This document shows positions 1 through 9,048 of a stretch of DNA of 64,000 nt, in pieces. The notes beneath the pieces are model-generated. The model saw nothing but the letters and a program-made list of their open reading frames with translations. It did no database searches and was not told the origin of the DNA. Position 1 is the stretch's first letter, and every line of letters starts with the position of its first letter. The position numbers and the translations under genes were made by a program. Origin of the DNA: a virus; IMG/VR virus record IMGVR_UViG_3300037246_000452, positions 25,219 to 89,218 of that record; one strand, given 5' to 3'.

Positions 1-203
1 CCTTCAGGTTATGAAGATCAGGCGCCCAATACCACACACCATCAATCTCGATATTCCTGCCCTTGACATCGGTAACTGTTCCTTCATCCTCAAAGTAGGT
101 TCCCCTCTTAGGGTCTCTTGCACATTCCCAAACAATCGTCTTACCTACCGCCTTACTTAACTTTAACTTCTTACTCATTTTTGGCCTCCATGCCTTTGTT
201 ATT

Positions 204-443
204 TTACTTTACCAACTCTACAAAAGTTCTGTTATAGCAAGATGCTTCTTTTGCAGCATAGGCTTTTTGCAGGTTACTTATAAAAGAATTTATCGTTTTG
301 GGCTTTCTGTTTACTTTTGAATTCCAACTCGCCCCTACTTCCAAAGTATAACCGAAGTACTGTATAAGTTCTTCCAATGTTCCTTTTACTTCTTTTTCTC
401 TCCTGCCGGATACTTGGACTGTATGTACTTTTGATGTTGTCAT
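204..443 (-). CDS. hypothetical protein, first gene of a promoter-leader cassette
   Basis: 79-aa ORF with strong SD (GGAGG) directly downstream of the promoter at 493-521. Confidence 0.75.
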   Translation of the reverse strand: MTTSKVHTVQVSGRREKEVKGTLEELIQYFGYTLEVGASWNSKVNRKPKTINSFISNLQKAYAAKEASCYNRTFVELVK

Positions 444-492
444 CTTGGCCTCCTGCCGTTTGTTTTGTTTATTTATTAATTGTTTATACGTA

Positions 493-521
493 AGTATACC
501 TTTTTATAAGTGGTTTGTCAA
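493..521 (-). promoter_or_regulatory. sigma70-type promoter
   Basis: TTGACA (516-521), 17 bp spacer, TATACT (493-498) on minus strand; palindrome at 530-543 just upstream. Confidence 0.85.
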
Positions 522-545
522 GGATTAATTGCAGTTAATTGCAAT

Positions 546-890
546 TTATTTCTTGTTGGTGTAATAGTCTCCTGTCTTACGGTTCATCAAGATTGCCTGA
601 TGATATTTCTTAATACGCCTTGCTGCATTCTCCAGCATGTGTGATGGAAAGAAGAACTGCTTATGTCCTTTACTATAGTCTGGGTAGGGTTCCTTAATAT
701 CAAGTCTTATATTCCATCTATACCCATACCTCTTCCTCTCGGGATGATCACCTATCCTACACATCCCAATCCTCGGGTCCGTAAAGCCCATATAACAGCT
801 ACTATTGTTCGTCTGTTTATGTACGTATGTTTCTATCCCTAAGTCCCTCAGATGCTCCCTGAGTCGCTTCATGTGTGCTAATGGTGTCAT
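546..890 (-). CDS. hypothetical protein
   Basis: 114-aa ORF, ATGA-coupled to upstream ORF. Confidence 0.7.
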   Translation of the reverse strand: MTPLAHMKRLREHLRDLGIETYVHKQTNNSSCYMGFTDPRIGMCRIGDHPERKRYGYRWNIRLDIKEPYPDYSKGHKQFFFPSHMLENAARRIKKYHQAILMNRKTGDYYTNKK

Positions 891-1321
891 GGTGCCTGTA
901 GCTTCCTGATCTCTACTGCAAGGTCATGTAAGAAGTCCCTCTCTGCTTGTACAAACGGGATGCAGCACTCTCCCACCTTATCATAAGGGGTTTGCATAAC
1001 TCCATGCTTATTCTCTTGATGTAGTACCCAATCCTTGTAAGGTGTTCCGCCACACCATTGCCGGCCAGTCTTAATTTTTACAGGGCAATACTTACAGGAA
1101 TACTGTCTCTGAGCTCCCCTAGCATAATGTTGTATCGTGAACTGTATACATAGAGGGCAGTTAGCTACTCCATTATCCTCACCCTCTCCTTCTAGTATCT
1201 TATCCCATTTACCTACGGACTCATCCAGTATCCCCAATACTGCCTGTGATGTATCTATTAGGCTTTCGGGCCTGTACCCTTCATTTTCCACACTTACCTC
1301 CACATTTGCACTTAGGTTCAA
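887..1321 (-). CDS. Cys-rich hypothetical protein
   Basis: CPLC...CKYCP...C motifs; packed in minus-strand operon. Confidence 0.65.
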   Translation of the reverse strand: MNLSANVEVSVENEGYRPESLIDTSQAVLGILDESVGKWDKILEGEGEDNGVANCPLCIQFTIQHYARGAQRQYSCKYCPVKIKTGRQWCGGTPYKDWVLHQENKHGVMQTPYDKVGECCIPFVQAERDFLHDLAVEIRKLQAP

Positions 1322-1742
1322 TCGATATCGTTATGTCCTTTTCATGGATGTGGAGCCGACAACCTGCATACACTTTATGCTTGTGCCAGAATTTCCGTGC
1401 CCCCAATTCTTTCAACTCTGCCTTGAAGGATTCCTTGGTAGGCCACTCCTTATTTGTGCCTATGTTGGCCTGTTTTATGGCATTAATGCATGCTCCTATT
1501 GCGGCCATGTGGGATAAGGTCACAACCAGTATATGAGCCATACCACTGTGCTCCCCTGTTTGCAGTACTACAAATGCCTTCTTATTTTTCATCTTTTCTC
1601 CCCTGAGTTTTAAGGTCTTCAATAACCTCGTTAATCTCTTGCGTCATACTTTGTATCTCTTCTTCTTTCTCTCCCTCGGTGAGGAAACGATACATCGGAC
1701 TATCGAAATACCTTCTTATGGTATCCTCCACATTCTTTGGCA

Positions 1743-2087
1743 TTATGCTACTATCCTCCCCGCTGCCTTGGCTGTTTCAGTATATTCTGCCATGGTCTTA
1801 TCTAAAGTTATGTACATATCCCTTTCAATAGGTAATCCGAAAGGTGGGAATCTTATTGCCTCAAGTTCTACCCTCGATACATATCCAATTTCCGCACAGC
1901 CTTGCCCCAAATCACATAGGCCAAAGAAGTTTCCTTCTTCTGGGTAGTACTCACTTAGCAACCATGTACATGCCCCGCCCCCAAACAATTTGATTACTGG
2001 TTTAAGGTGTGAGCCGTCCCCTTTCTCCCCGGCTTCAATACCGTTTTTAACAAGTTTCTTTTCTTGTGCTACTGTCATGATTTTCAT
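1743..2087 (-). CDS. DUF2958-like protein
   Basis: PVIKLF..GACTWLLSE...FFGLCDLGQGCAEIGYVS..ELE....GLPIERD matches the DUF2958 pattern. Confidence 0.8.
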   Translation of the reverse strand: MKIMTVAQEKKLVKNGIEAGEKGDGSHLKPVIKLFGGGACTWLLSEYYPEEGNFFGLCDLGQGCAEIGYVSRVELEAIRFPPFGLPIERDMYITLDKTMAEYTETAKAAGRIVA

Positions 2088-2108
2088 ATTGGCCTCCGGG
2101 GCTTTTGC

Positions 2109-2387
2109 TTACTTTCTAAAATGAAGGTCTGCCCAAGAATTACCGGACATGTCTACTTCCTCATTTAGTAATACCATATCACTCTCGGGAACACAAACTG
2201 AACCGCCCCCTTCACAAAGTATGTTATACCATATTTCTGATTTAGTGGATTCCGGTAATGGTGGCCTCTGCTCCTTAAACCATACATCACCTTCGGAGAA
2301 ACAAGCCTCTTTTTTGAATACTTTGCCTACATGTGAATGCCTCTTTGTTGCTACTGAATCTCCGTGAAAGAATTTTCCGTTGTCCAT
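2109..2387 (-). CDS. HspQ/YccV-like protein (start revised to MDNGKF at 2387)
   Basis: KFFHGDSV..H.GKV....FSEGDVWF....P....WYNIL......V.E resembles the YccV/HspQ pattern; SD GGAGGG before 2387; the longer ORF crosses a promoter and terminator. Confidence 0.55.
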   Translation of the reverse strand: MDNGKFFHGDSVATKRHSHVGKVFKKEACFSEGDVWFKEQRPPLPESTKSEIWYNILCEGGGSVCVPESDMVLLNEEVDMSGNSWADLHFRK

Positions 2388-2438
2388 GTCGCCCTCCGTG
2401 GCTTTGTTTATTTGTTTTTGTTGATTGTTTATAATGTA

Positions 2439-2467
2439 ATTATATATGATTGAAAAGGGTTTGTCAA
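2439..2467 (-). promoter_or_regulatory. sigma70-type promoter
   Basis: Perfect TTGACA-17-TATAAT. Confidence 0.85.
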
Positions 2468-2481
2468 GTAAATAATGCAAT

Positions 2482-2514
2482 AAAAAAGCCCCTTCCATTA
2501 CAGAGGGGGCTTTT
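2482..2514. terminator. intrinsic terminator, probably bidirectional
   Basis: AAAAAAGCCCC...GGGGCTTTT hairpin with A and T tails, downstream of 2545..2919. Confidence 0.8.
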
Positions 2515-2544
2515 AGTGTTCGTGCAGTTAATTGCAATCGCTAC

Positions 2545-2919
2545 TTAACACCTCGGTACTATTCGGGGGGCGTCTTTGGCGATTTGCAATGTCATCTCAT
2601 CATCTTCTTCGGCTGATAGCTCTTTGGTGGGTTGGTATCGGGTATCATAATGATCTTGTTCCACCGTAAAAGTTACAGCCGCCATAATCATAACGACTTC
2701 ATCATCTTCTTCCACTGCTCCTGCTATCCTATACTCGGTGGGGTCTGCTGCCATGATAAACTCATGGCCCCCAATCGGCACATCTGCAAGTTCCCCACTT
2801 ATTGAGAAGCCCGATGCCGGACCTCCCTCTGATGCAATTACTGGACTGCACCATATCAGTAGGGACAGTAGACATAGCATTATTGCTAAACCTCCTGCTT
2901 TCCAATTTCTATGCTTCAT
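2545..2919 (-). CDS. putative exported acidic protein
   Basis: Basic N-terminus, hydrophobic core, VIA|S signal-peptidase-like site; two EEDDE motifs. Confidence 0.55.
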   Translation of the reverse strand: MKHRNWKAGGLAIMLCLLSLLIWCSPVIASEGGPASGFSISGELADVPIGGHEFIMAADPTEYRIAGAVEEDDEVVMIMAAVTFTVEQDHYDTRYQPTKELSAEEDDEMTLQIAKDAPRIVPRC

Positions 2920-3533
2920 TCTTTACCTCCTTCTTTGTCTAGGGTTTACGAATTGTTTAAATCAAAACTATAGCACCACTCTCTGAACTCTGTCAAGGCC
3001 TTCATTATTTCAGCCTCATCTTCAATCCCTATATGGGGTGGGTACTTATCATTTAGCTTTCTTATATCTTTGTCCCCGAAGTTCTCACAAATGCCTTTCC
3101 TCCGGGCATATGCTTTTAACCGTACCTTGGTTATAGCTATATCATGCTGTGCTTTCTTGATGCTCATACTACCTCCTTTGGTTGAACTTGTTTTACAAAA
3201 TGCCATGGAGCACAGTTGGCCTTGCAGCATTTATTGTTTACCCTTCCTTGAGAAGAACAGTTGTAACCTCCTATATTATCAGCGCCTGAATTGTACCATC
3301 CTCTTCTCCAAGGACATTCTTTAGCCATCTTGCTCCATTTACCTTCAGCCATCATTTCACCTTATTTATAGTGGCAATATGTATCGTACCCCTATCCTTT
3401 GTTTCTATCTCCACGATACTTCTTATCTCGTAATTATCATTGTCAACCCCAAGTAGTATCGTAGCCTTTTCAGCACAGAACGCTTCTTGGAAGAACTTCT
3501 CTACCTCGTCTTTCTTCTTTTCATCTTCTGGTG

Positions 3534-4010
3534 TCATGAGTCCCCCGGTGTGTCTCGTAGAGTCTGCCTTATCTTTCTAAAGTATATCTTTGCATCTAGT
3601 GTAAGCTCAAGATCACGCAAACCTACATCATCTAGTGCCTTGAGTACTCCTTCCATGTAATGAGCTATTGCCAATATATCAGGGAGCCTTGCTATCAGCT
3701 TTGCATTTGCATCCCTGTTGATCGGATTAATTCCATATTTCGAGGCTTCTGTTGATCTATCCATTTTACAGATCACACCTTCCCCTTTCTCAGTATCAAC
3801 TACCACCCTTCCGTCTGAGTATCTCCATGGTCCGGGAGTTTCTCTCCAGATTCTTGGCGGTGGGGGTTTAAACTTCTCACAGTCTACACCATTAGCCTCA
3901 AGGAACTTGATCTGCCTTTCTGTGCCAGCCTCATTGATCTGTTTAGCCATTACACCACAGTGCTCATGTACCAGTTCATCTATTTCGTTTTCCTTTTTAT
4001 CGTTACTCAT
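3534..4010 (-). CDS. hypothetical phage protein
   Basis: TPGPW...ANAKLIA..PD motif pair typical of a widespread small phage protein family. Confidence 0.65.
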   Translation of the reverse strand: MSNDKKENEIDELVHEHCGVMAKQINEAGTERQIKFLEANGVDCEKFKPPPPRIWRETPGPWRYSDGRVVVDTEKGEGVICKMDRSTEASKYGINPINRDANAKLIARLPDILAIAHYMEGVLKALDDVGLRDLELTLDAKIYFRKIRQTLRDTPGDS

Positions 4011-4233
4011 GATAACACCCCCACTACGTCAAAGTCTTTTGTATATGCCCCACCCCTGTGCATCAGAAGATTATCTGAGTTCTTTCCGTAATCTTCTGTA
4101 ATAAGAAGTATTTCGTCCCCTTTATTGTATGTCATAGGTCCGATTGGCCGACCTGTGTCTAAGTGAGTGGGACACAGCATCTCATATTTAGTATTCTTCC
4201 GGTGTACCAATCTTACACCGTTCCTAAGCTTTA

Positions 4234-4563
4234 CTATTTGTCCTTGCATGGCTCCTCCTGCGCTATAGGTTTCTCGTGCCCGCATATCCAACACTTATCT
4301 GACGTAGTGCCTGTGTCAAACTTCTGTCTCTTCTGACAGCCTTGGCAATACTGGACTTTCACTGTCTCGTCGGGGTTAATCAATTTATCATAGCCGGTAA
4401 GCTCATACACGTCCTGCCATGTTGAGTCACACTCAGTACATTTGATCTCTTGCCATACACATCCGGCATCACTCTGTAAGGCCCCATCACCCTCGATCTT
4501 TTTGCCTCTACAGTTAGGGCATCTGGCTCCGCCATGCTCTATGTACTCCTTATCATTCATCAT
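4234..4563 (-). CDS. zinc-ribbon protein
   Basis: Four CxxC pairs. Confidence 0.65.
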   Translation of the reverse strand: MMNDKEYIEHGGARCPNCRGKKIEGDGALQSDAGCVWQEIKCTECDSTWQDVYELTGYDKLINPDETVKVQYCQGCQKRQKFDTGTTSDKCWICGHEKPIAQEEPCKDK

Positions 4564-6054
4564 CTTCCGCCTCTCCTGTTGATATGCTTTATTCTGGTTT
4601 TCTTAGGTACATGATTTCGGTTCTGTTTCTTAACCTTAGTCGTTGAGGTCTTGCACTTTCTTACAAACTTATCATGCCTTTCCTCGGCCTCAAACTCCCT
4701 CATCATTCTATCGAATCCATTTGAACCGTACATCTAATACTCCTTCGCTGCATTGTATAGCTTATCTAATAGTCGCATCAGCTCTTGCCTTTTTTCTCTC
4801 CCTTCGCTACAGAGGTGAATCCCGTTACAATCTTTCAGCCATGCCCCACAATCACTTTTTCTGATACTCTTTACCACTTCTAGCAACTGCTCCTTTGCCT
4901 CGTCTTCAGGCCTCACAGGGATGTATGTTTTACCGCAATCATCACATTGCTGCTCCTTACCCATCTGCTCCCCATCCCATACATGGCCGGCAGGGCATCC
5001 CGGGCACTGTACCATAAATGTTTCACTCCCGAGGGTGCCTACTACTGTCATTGAGGGTCGCCCACATCTGGTGTTATGATAATCTTCGGCATTCATACTG
5101 CTACCTCCTCAATTAAGTCCTTCATAGTAGTGCCATTAACTGTATGTTCAAAGTCTGATAACCTATTTAACAAACATAGTCTCTGGCAGTCCTCCTCCTT
5201 ATCCCCCTTCGATGGCATGTTCTCTGTAATAAGAGTCTGTATCTCTTCGATTCTGTTTTCTAATGAATGGATTAAGTCTGGTAGTTCCATTATACCAACC
5301 CCCTCGCGCCATGCTTTAGTACTTTGGGATTCATGGAGAATTTAAAGTCCCCAAATTCAAGGATGTCAGTGTGCATCAGATGTTCTACAAGCAACTTCTT
5401 TGTCGCCCGGATGTAAGGTCTTGATACCTCCTTACCTTTACTCAGGGTTACCTCAGTTACGGGCTCCTTCATTGTACCAATCCTCATAAAGATTCCTGTC
5501 TTTGGCTTCTTGTTTATCCCACTACTCTGAACCATTAATTCTAACATCTACTTTCTCCCTGTAGTGGTCATCAGTATTGTACCGTGACCATCAGTTAATG
5601 TTGTGACCACATGGCCGGGATAAATTACGTTTCTATTAGTATGGCGCCTCATATCCTTGGCCAGATTATTGAGATACTTCGTAAAATTTACTCTCAGCTT
5701 ATGCATCGCATGCCATCCCTGAATCTGAGCCCCATATTCTGAGGTATTCCTGAGCCAGCTTGTTACCCTCTGTATTCATTTCCAATTCCTCAATAGGATG
5801 TAGAGTACCGTCCGTCCCACCTGACCCTGCGTTGTATGTTGGGTCTTGCCATACTGGCTTGTCTCCATAAGATGACTCTTGCATGACTGAAATACTGTCT
5901 ATCCAAAACCCCTTCGGCTTGATCGTTACAGCACGTCTGTTCTTACCTACACTCTCCACTACCTGACAATTTCCTACTGTCTTCTTCGTGATACTCATTT
6001 CGCCCTCCATGGCTTTGGTTGTTGATTTGTTTTATTAATTTTTGATTATACGTA

Positions 6055-6083
6055 ATTATAACTTATTGGTTTTAGTTTGTCAA
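6055..6083 (-). promoter_or_regulatory. sigma70-type promoter
   Basis: Perfect TTGACA-17-TATAAT; palindrome at 6091-6104. Confidence 0.85.
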
Positions 6084-6085
6084 GT

Positions 6086-6508
6086 TTATTTGCAGTTAAT
6101 TGCAATTAATAATCTCTTAATAAGACCTTCCTTCCATAGAGTACATTCGGAGTGGTACTCAGGTATAGGACTACCCTCTAGGTATCGATCTAGTGGCGTA
6201 TCATAGTTTGGATAGCCACTGCATACCTCAGGCCTGTCCTTGTGGATGCTACACCCCTCCTTGCTTCTCCTGAGACAAGTAAAGTACGCTGTTGGCCCAG
6301 TAGCCTCTCGGGCTGTCAGTAGGTAAGGATTTAATCTCTGGGCTGTCTCCTCAGGTATCATCACCCAGTTTTCTTGAATGAATAACATATCCCCACTTGC
6401 ACCATTATTCTTATCCATAAACCATCGAGCTTGATGCTCCCCGGTGAGGCGGATTACCTCGCAGCATTTGGTACACCTCTTACCTTCTATTATACAATGT
6501 TCACTCAT
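6086..6508 (-). CDS. YkgJ/CxxCxxCC-family cysteine-cluster protein
   Basis: C..RCTKCC ... CL....GCSIH.DRPEVCSGYP. Confidence 0.75.
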   Translation of the reverse strand: MSEHCIIEGKRCTKCCEVIRLTGEHQARWFMDKNNGASGDMLFIQENWVMIPEETAQRLNPYLLTAREATGPTAYFTCLRRSKEGCSIHKDRPEVCSGYPNYDTPLDRYLEGSPIPEYHSECTLWKEGLIKRLLIAINCK

Positions 6509-6879
6509 CCAAATAATCCTCCCTTTAGTGGGTTCTTATTTGGTGGCTCCTCTCCTTTTTCTTTAGCAATCATATTCTCTATCGCCCACTTACTCCGCTC
6601 AGCCCGGTTAAGCATAGTGCTCAGTATTCGTATTTGACTTTTCTTCCTCCACCTAAATGCTTCCATGGCCTCAAGCTCCGTAGGATGAGCAAACCTTTTA
6701 CGACTCGTGTTAGAAATCCACCGGGGTTTATCATACGCTGACCATAAGTTTCCACGCTTCCTCGGCCCTATCCACCAACCACAGGGAGTCTCTCTGTCTC
6801 CCTCATAGATTGCTAGATTGATTGTAGTCCCGTGCTCATAATGAGTTTCTACATATCGGTAAAATAGCTTTCCCTCCAT
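6505..6879 (-). CDS. hypothetical phage protein
   Basis: 124-aa ORF with ETPCGWWI and KRFAHPT motifs. Confidence 0.65.
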   Translation of the reverse strand: MEGKLFYRYVETHYEHGTTINLAIYEGDRETPCGWWIGPRKRGNLWSAYDKPRWISNTSRKRFAHPTELEAMEAFRWRKKSQIRILSTMLNRAERSKWAIENMIAKEKGEEPPNKNPLKGGLFG

Positions 6880-7401
6880 TAACCCTCGTCCTCCTTCGTC
6901 AGTCTCGCCATTGTCAGTGCAGATATAACCTCACATATCTTGCTACGCGCTTTTAGAAGATGACCTCTTGGTCTCAGTTGCTTCTCCGCTTCTATCCTAT
7001 CTTCCAAATGCCTTTTGGTAATCTCTGCCTCTGCCAGTATATCTGCATAAGGTATGCTCATGAGCCCTCCTTACGGTATTCTTCCATAATTTTAATACAA
7101 CCTTTCAGACTTATTAGAGCACTCAGTTTATGGGGCACATACCTCGCACATGATCGATTCTGATAACAGCCTTTAGCTACACAGGCGGGGGCAGGTGTAC
7201 CTATCTCACATCGGCCTCCACAGGTATAAGCACTTAGGTTAAAGTACTGCTCTCGATAGGGGTCTCTCTGCTTAAGGTTCGGAATAAAGAGGTGTCTTTC
7301 TGGTATCTCTGCTCCAGTAAGTACATCAAATACTTTACCCTCCCGCTTCATCCCAAACTTACTACCTGTTACCTTTGAGATTATCCTTAACTTTTCAAGC
7401 A

Positions 7402-8115
7402 TCAGTCCTCCTCCTTATCTTCCGTATGTTCTATTACTCCAGCAAGATCGTAATCTCCGTTTTTAATAGCTTTCAAGCCAGTGGCCTGTACTACATGAGT
7501 GATATGAGCATCTATCTCGCCCTTGGCCTCCATCACAGTCTGGTCTACCTGCTTATTAAATTGTTGTTCTACAAATGGGATATCTGAGGTTATATGCTGC
7601 TTTAACATTTGCACTGATCTGAGTATCTCTTCAAGATCACCCTTGCCGGCCTTACCTTTCTTTAGTTGTTCCTGTATCTTCTCAATAGTATCATCCGCCT
7701 TGCTCCCTATGCCATGCATACTTTTCTTGAATTCATGGGAGAACTCCGCACGTTTACTAATGGTTTCACATCTTTCCATGGCAATCCCATCAACCCTATC
7801 TATAGTACAAGGAACTCCATCCCCGACACCCATATTAGTCATCGCTTCCGCAAATTGTGTGTACGACATAGACACTTCGACAATAGGTGGGCCATTACCT
7901 CCACTACTTGGCCAGTCCTTATGTAGGTGCCGGTTCATATGCGCTCTTGATATCTTTAGCGTGATGTAGTTACTATGCTTAATGGACGACCCGAACATTT
8001 CTGCCGGTGGATTACATTGAACTCTGGAGAACCCTACTAACCCATAGGATTCATGTTGGTATTCCAATTCCTCACCCCCACCACAAGCCTTCTTCTTTAC
8101 TATTTTAATTGCCAT
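7402..8115 (-). CDS. conserved hypothetical phage protein
   Basis: 237-aa ORF, HESYG..FGSSIKH..EVSMS..QFAE..G.GVPCT. Confidence 0.75.
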   Translation of the reverse strand: MAIKIVKKKACGGGEELEYQHESYGLVGFSRVQCNPPAEMFGSSIKHSNYITLKISRAHMNRHLHKDWPSSGGNGPPIVEVSMSYTQFAEAMTNMGVGDGVPCTIDRVDGIAMERCETISKRAEFSHEFKKSMHGIGSKADDTIEKIQEQLKKGKAGKGDLEEILRSVQMLKQHITSDIPFVEQQFNKQVDQTVMEAKGEIDAHITHVVQATGLKAIKNGDYDLAGVIEHTEDKEED

Positions 8116-8175
8116 ATTATACTCCTGCTGCTTTAGCTATTGTATTCAGTTCATTGTCTGGTAGAAAAGCCAGTT

Positions 8176-8544
8176 TTAAAATACAGCCCCACCCTCTAAC
8201 CATTTTTCCCCGTCCCAGAAATAATTAAACTCCTGTACCTCATGCTCCATAGCTGCCCCAACAGATGGGTAACTTCTTGCTTTTTGTTCAGTTTCTCCCC
8301 GATCTCTTTCGTAGAAAGTGGAATAACCCTTTATCCTGTTATCAAAGTTATGGCCTTCGGGGCATTCAAGACTTTCTCTAAGGGATGATACATTACCTAA
8401 AGCTATGAGTGCCTCGGCCTTTTCCTGAGAATGATAATGTTTTATGAGCGTTACCCCAACTCCATCATGGTATCCATCCCAGTGATTGTATATTGTTTTT
8501 ACACCATTCCTTGTCTTTACTGTGATACTTGCTCTTGTTCCCAT
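8176..8544 (-). CDS. conserved hypothetical protein, first gene of a promoter-leader cassette
   Basis: MGTRASI...IYNHWDGY..GVG..L; strong SD. Confidence 0.75.
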   Translation of the reverse strand: MGTRASITVKTRNGVKTIYNHWDGYHDGVGVTLIKHYHSQEKAEALIALGNVSSLRESLECPEGHNFDNRIKGYSTFYERDRGETEQKARSYPSVGAAMEHEVQEFNYFWDGEKWLEGGAVF

Positions 8545-8597
8545 GATGGCCTCCTGCCGTTTTGTTTGTTTTTTTTTTTGTTTTTTGATTATAAGTA

Positions 8598-8626
8598 ATT
8601 ATAACTTTTTATAAGTGGTTTGTCAA
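8598..8626 (-). promoter_or_regulatory. sigma70-type promoter
   Basis: Perfect TTGACA-17-TATAAT; near-identical to the 493-521 module; palindrome at 8635-8648. Confidence 0.85.
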
Positions 8627-8800
8627 GGATTAAATGCAGTTAATTGCAATCTGGTACATTTTTATTGTACTGGTATATCTCCATCACTCCACGGTCCATC
8701 GTCATCATCGTTACCTTTAAACCATACCATTCCTGCTATAAATAATGCTATCAGTACTGCGTGTAATACCCTTGTCTGTAGTTCGTCCATACCTTCCTCC

Positions 8801-9019
8801 TTAGTTATAATACTCGTTCCATGTCCTTGCCTTAATACGCCTCACGACTACTTTACAAAAATCACAGTTAGCTTCTGCGGGGCATAAGTCTGCCGGGTCT
8901 ACATGTACTATCTTAAAACCCGCTGTCTTACAAATATTACCATGAGTTACCTCAACCACTTTGGCCTCTTTCTTATCGGGGTCATACGTTACCAAGTTCA
9001 CCTTCCTTCTCATACCCAT
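8801..9019 (-). CDS. small Cys-containing protein, paralog of 63335..63559 (start revised to 9019)
   Basis: SD AGGAGG then ATG at 9019; shares RRKVNLVTYDP and VHVDPADLCPAEANCDFCK with 63335..63559. Confidence 0.75.
   Translation of the reverse strand: MGMRRKVNLVTYDPDKKEAKVVEVTHGNICKTAGFKIVHVDPADLCPAEANCDFCKVVVRRIKARTWNEYYN
8851..8910. repeat. 60-bp perfect direct repeat, copy 1 (copy 2 at 63391-63450)
   Basis: ctttacaaaaatcacagttagcttctgcggggcataagtctgccgggtctacatgtacta is identical at both loci. Confidence 0.95.
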
Positions 9020-9048
9020 AACTTCCTCCTTATGCAATTAAGTGCAAC

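Noticed and set aside
2388-2537. N-terminal extension of ORF 2109..2537
   Set aside because: It runs through a terminator, promoter and leader; the real SD precedes 2387
8560-8586. Poly-T tract as a phase-variable element
   Set aside because: It is the A-rich leader of the repeated promoter cassette, non-coding and outside the promoter spacer
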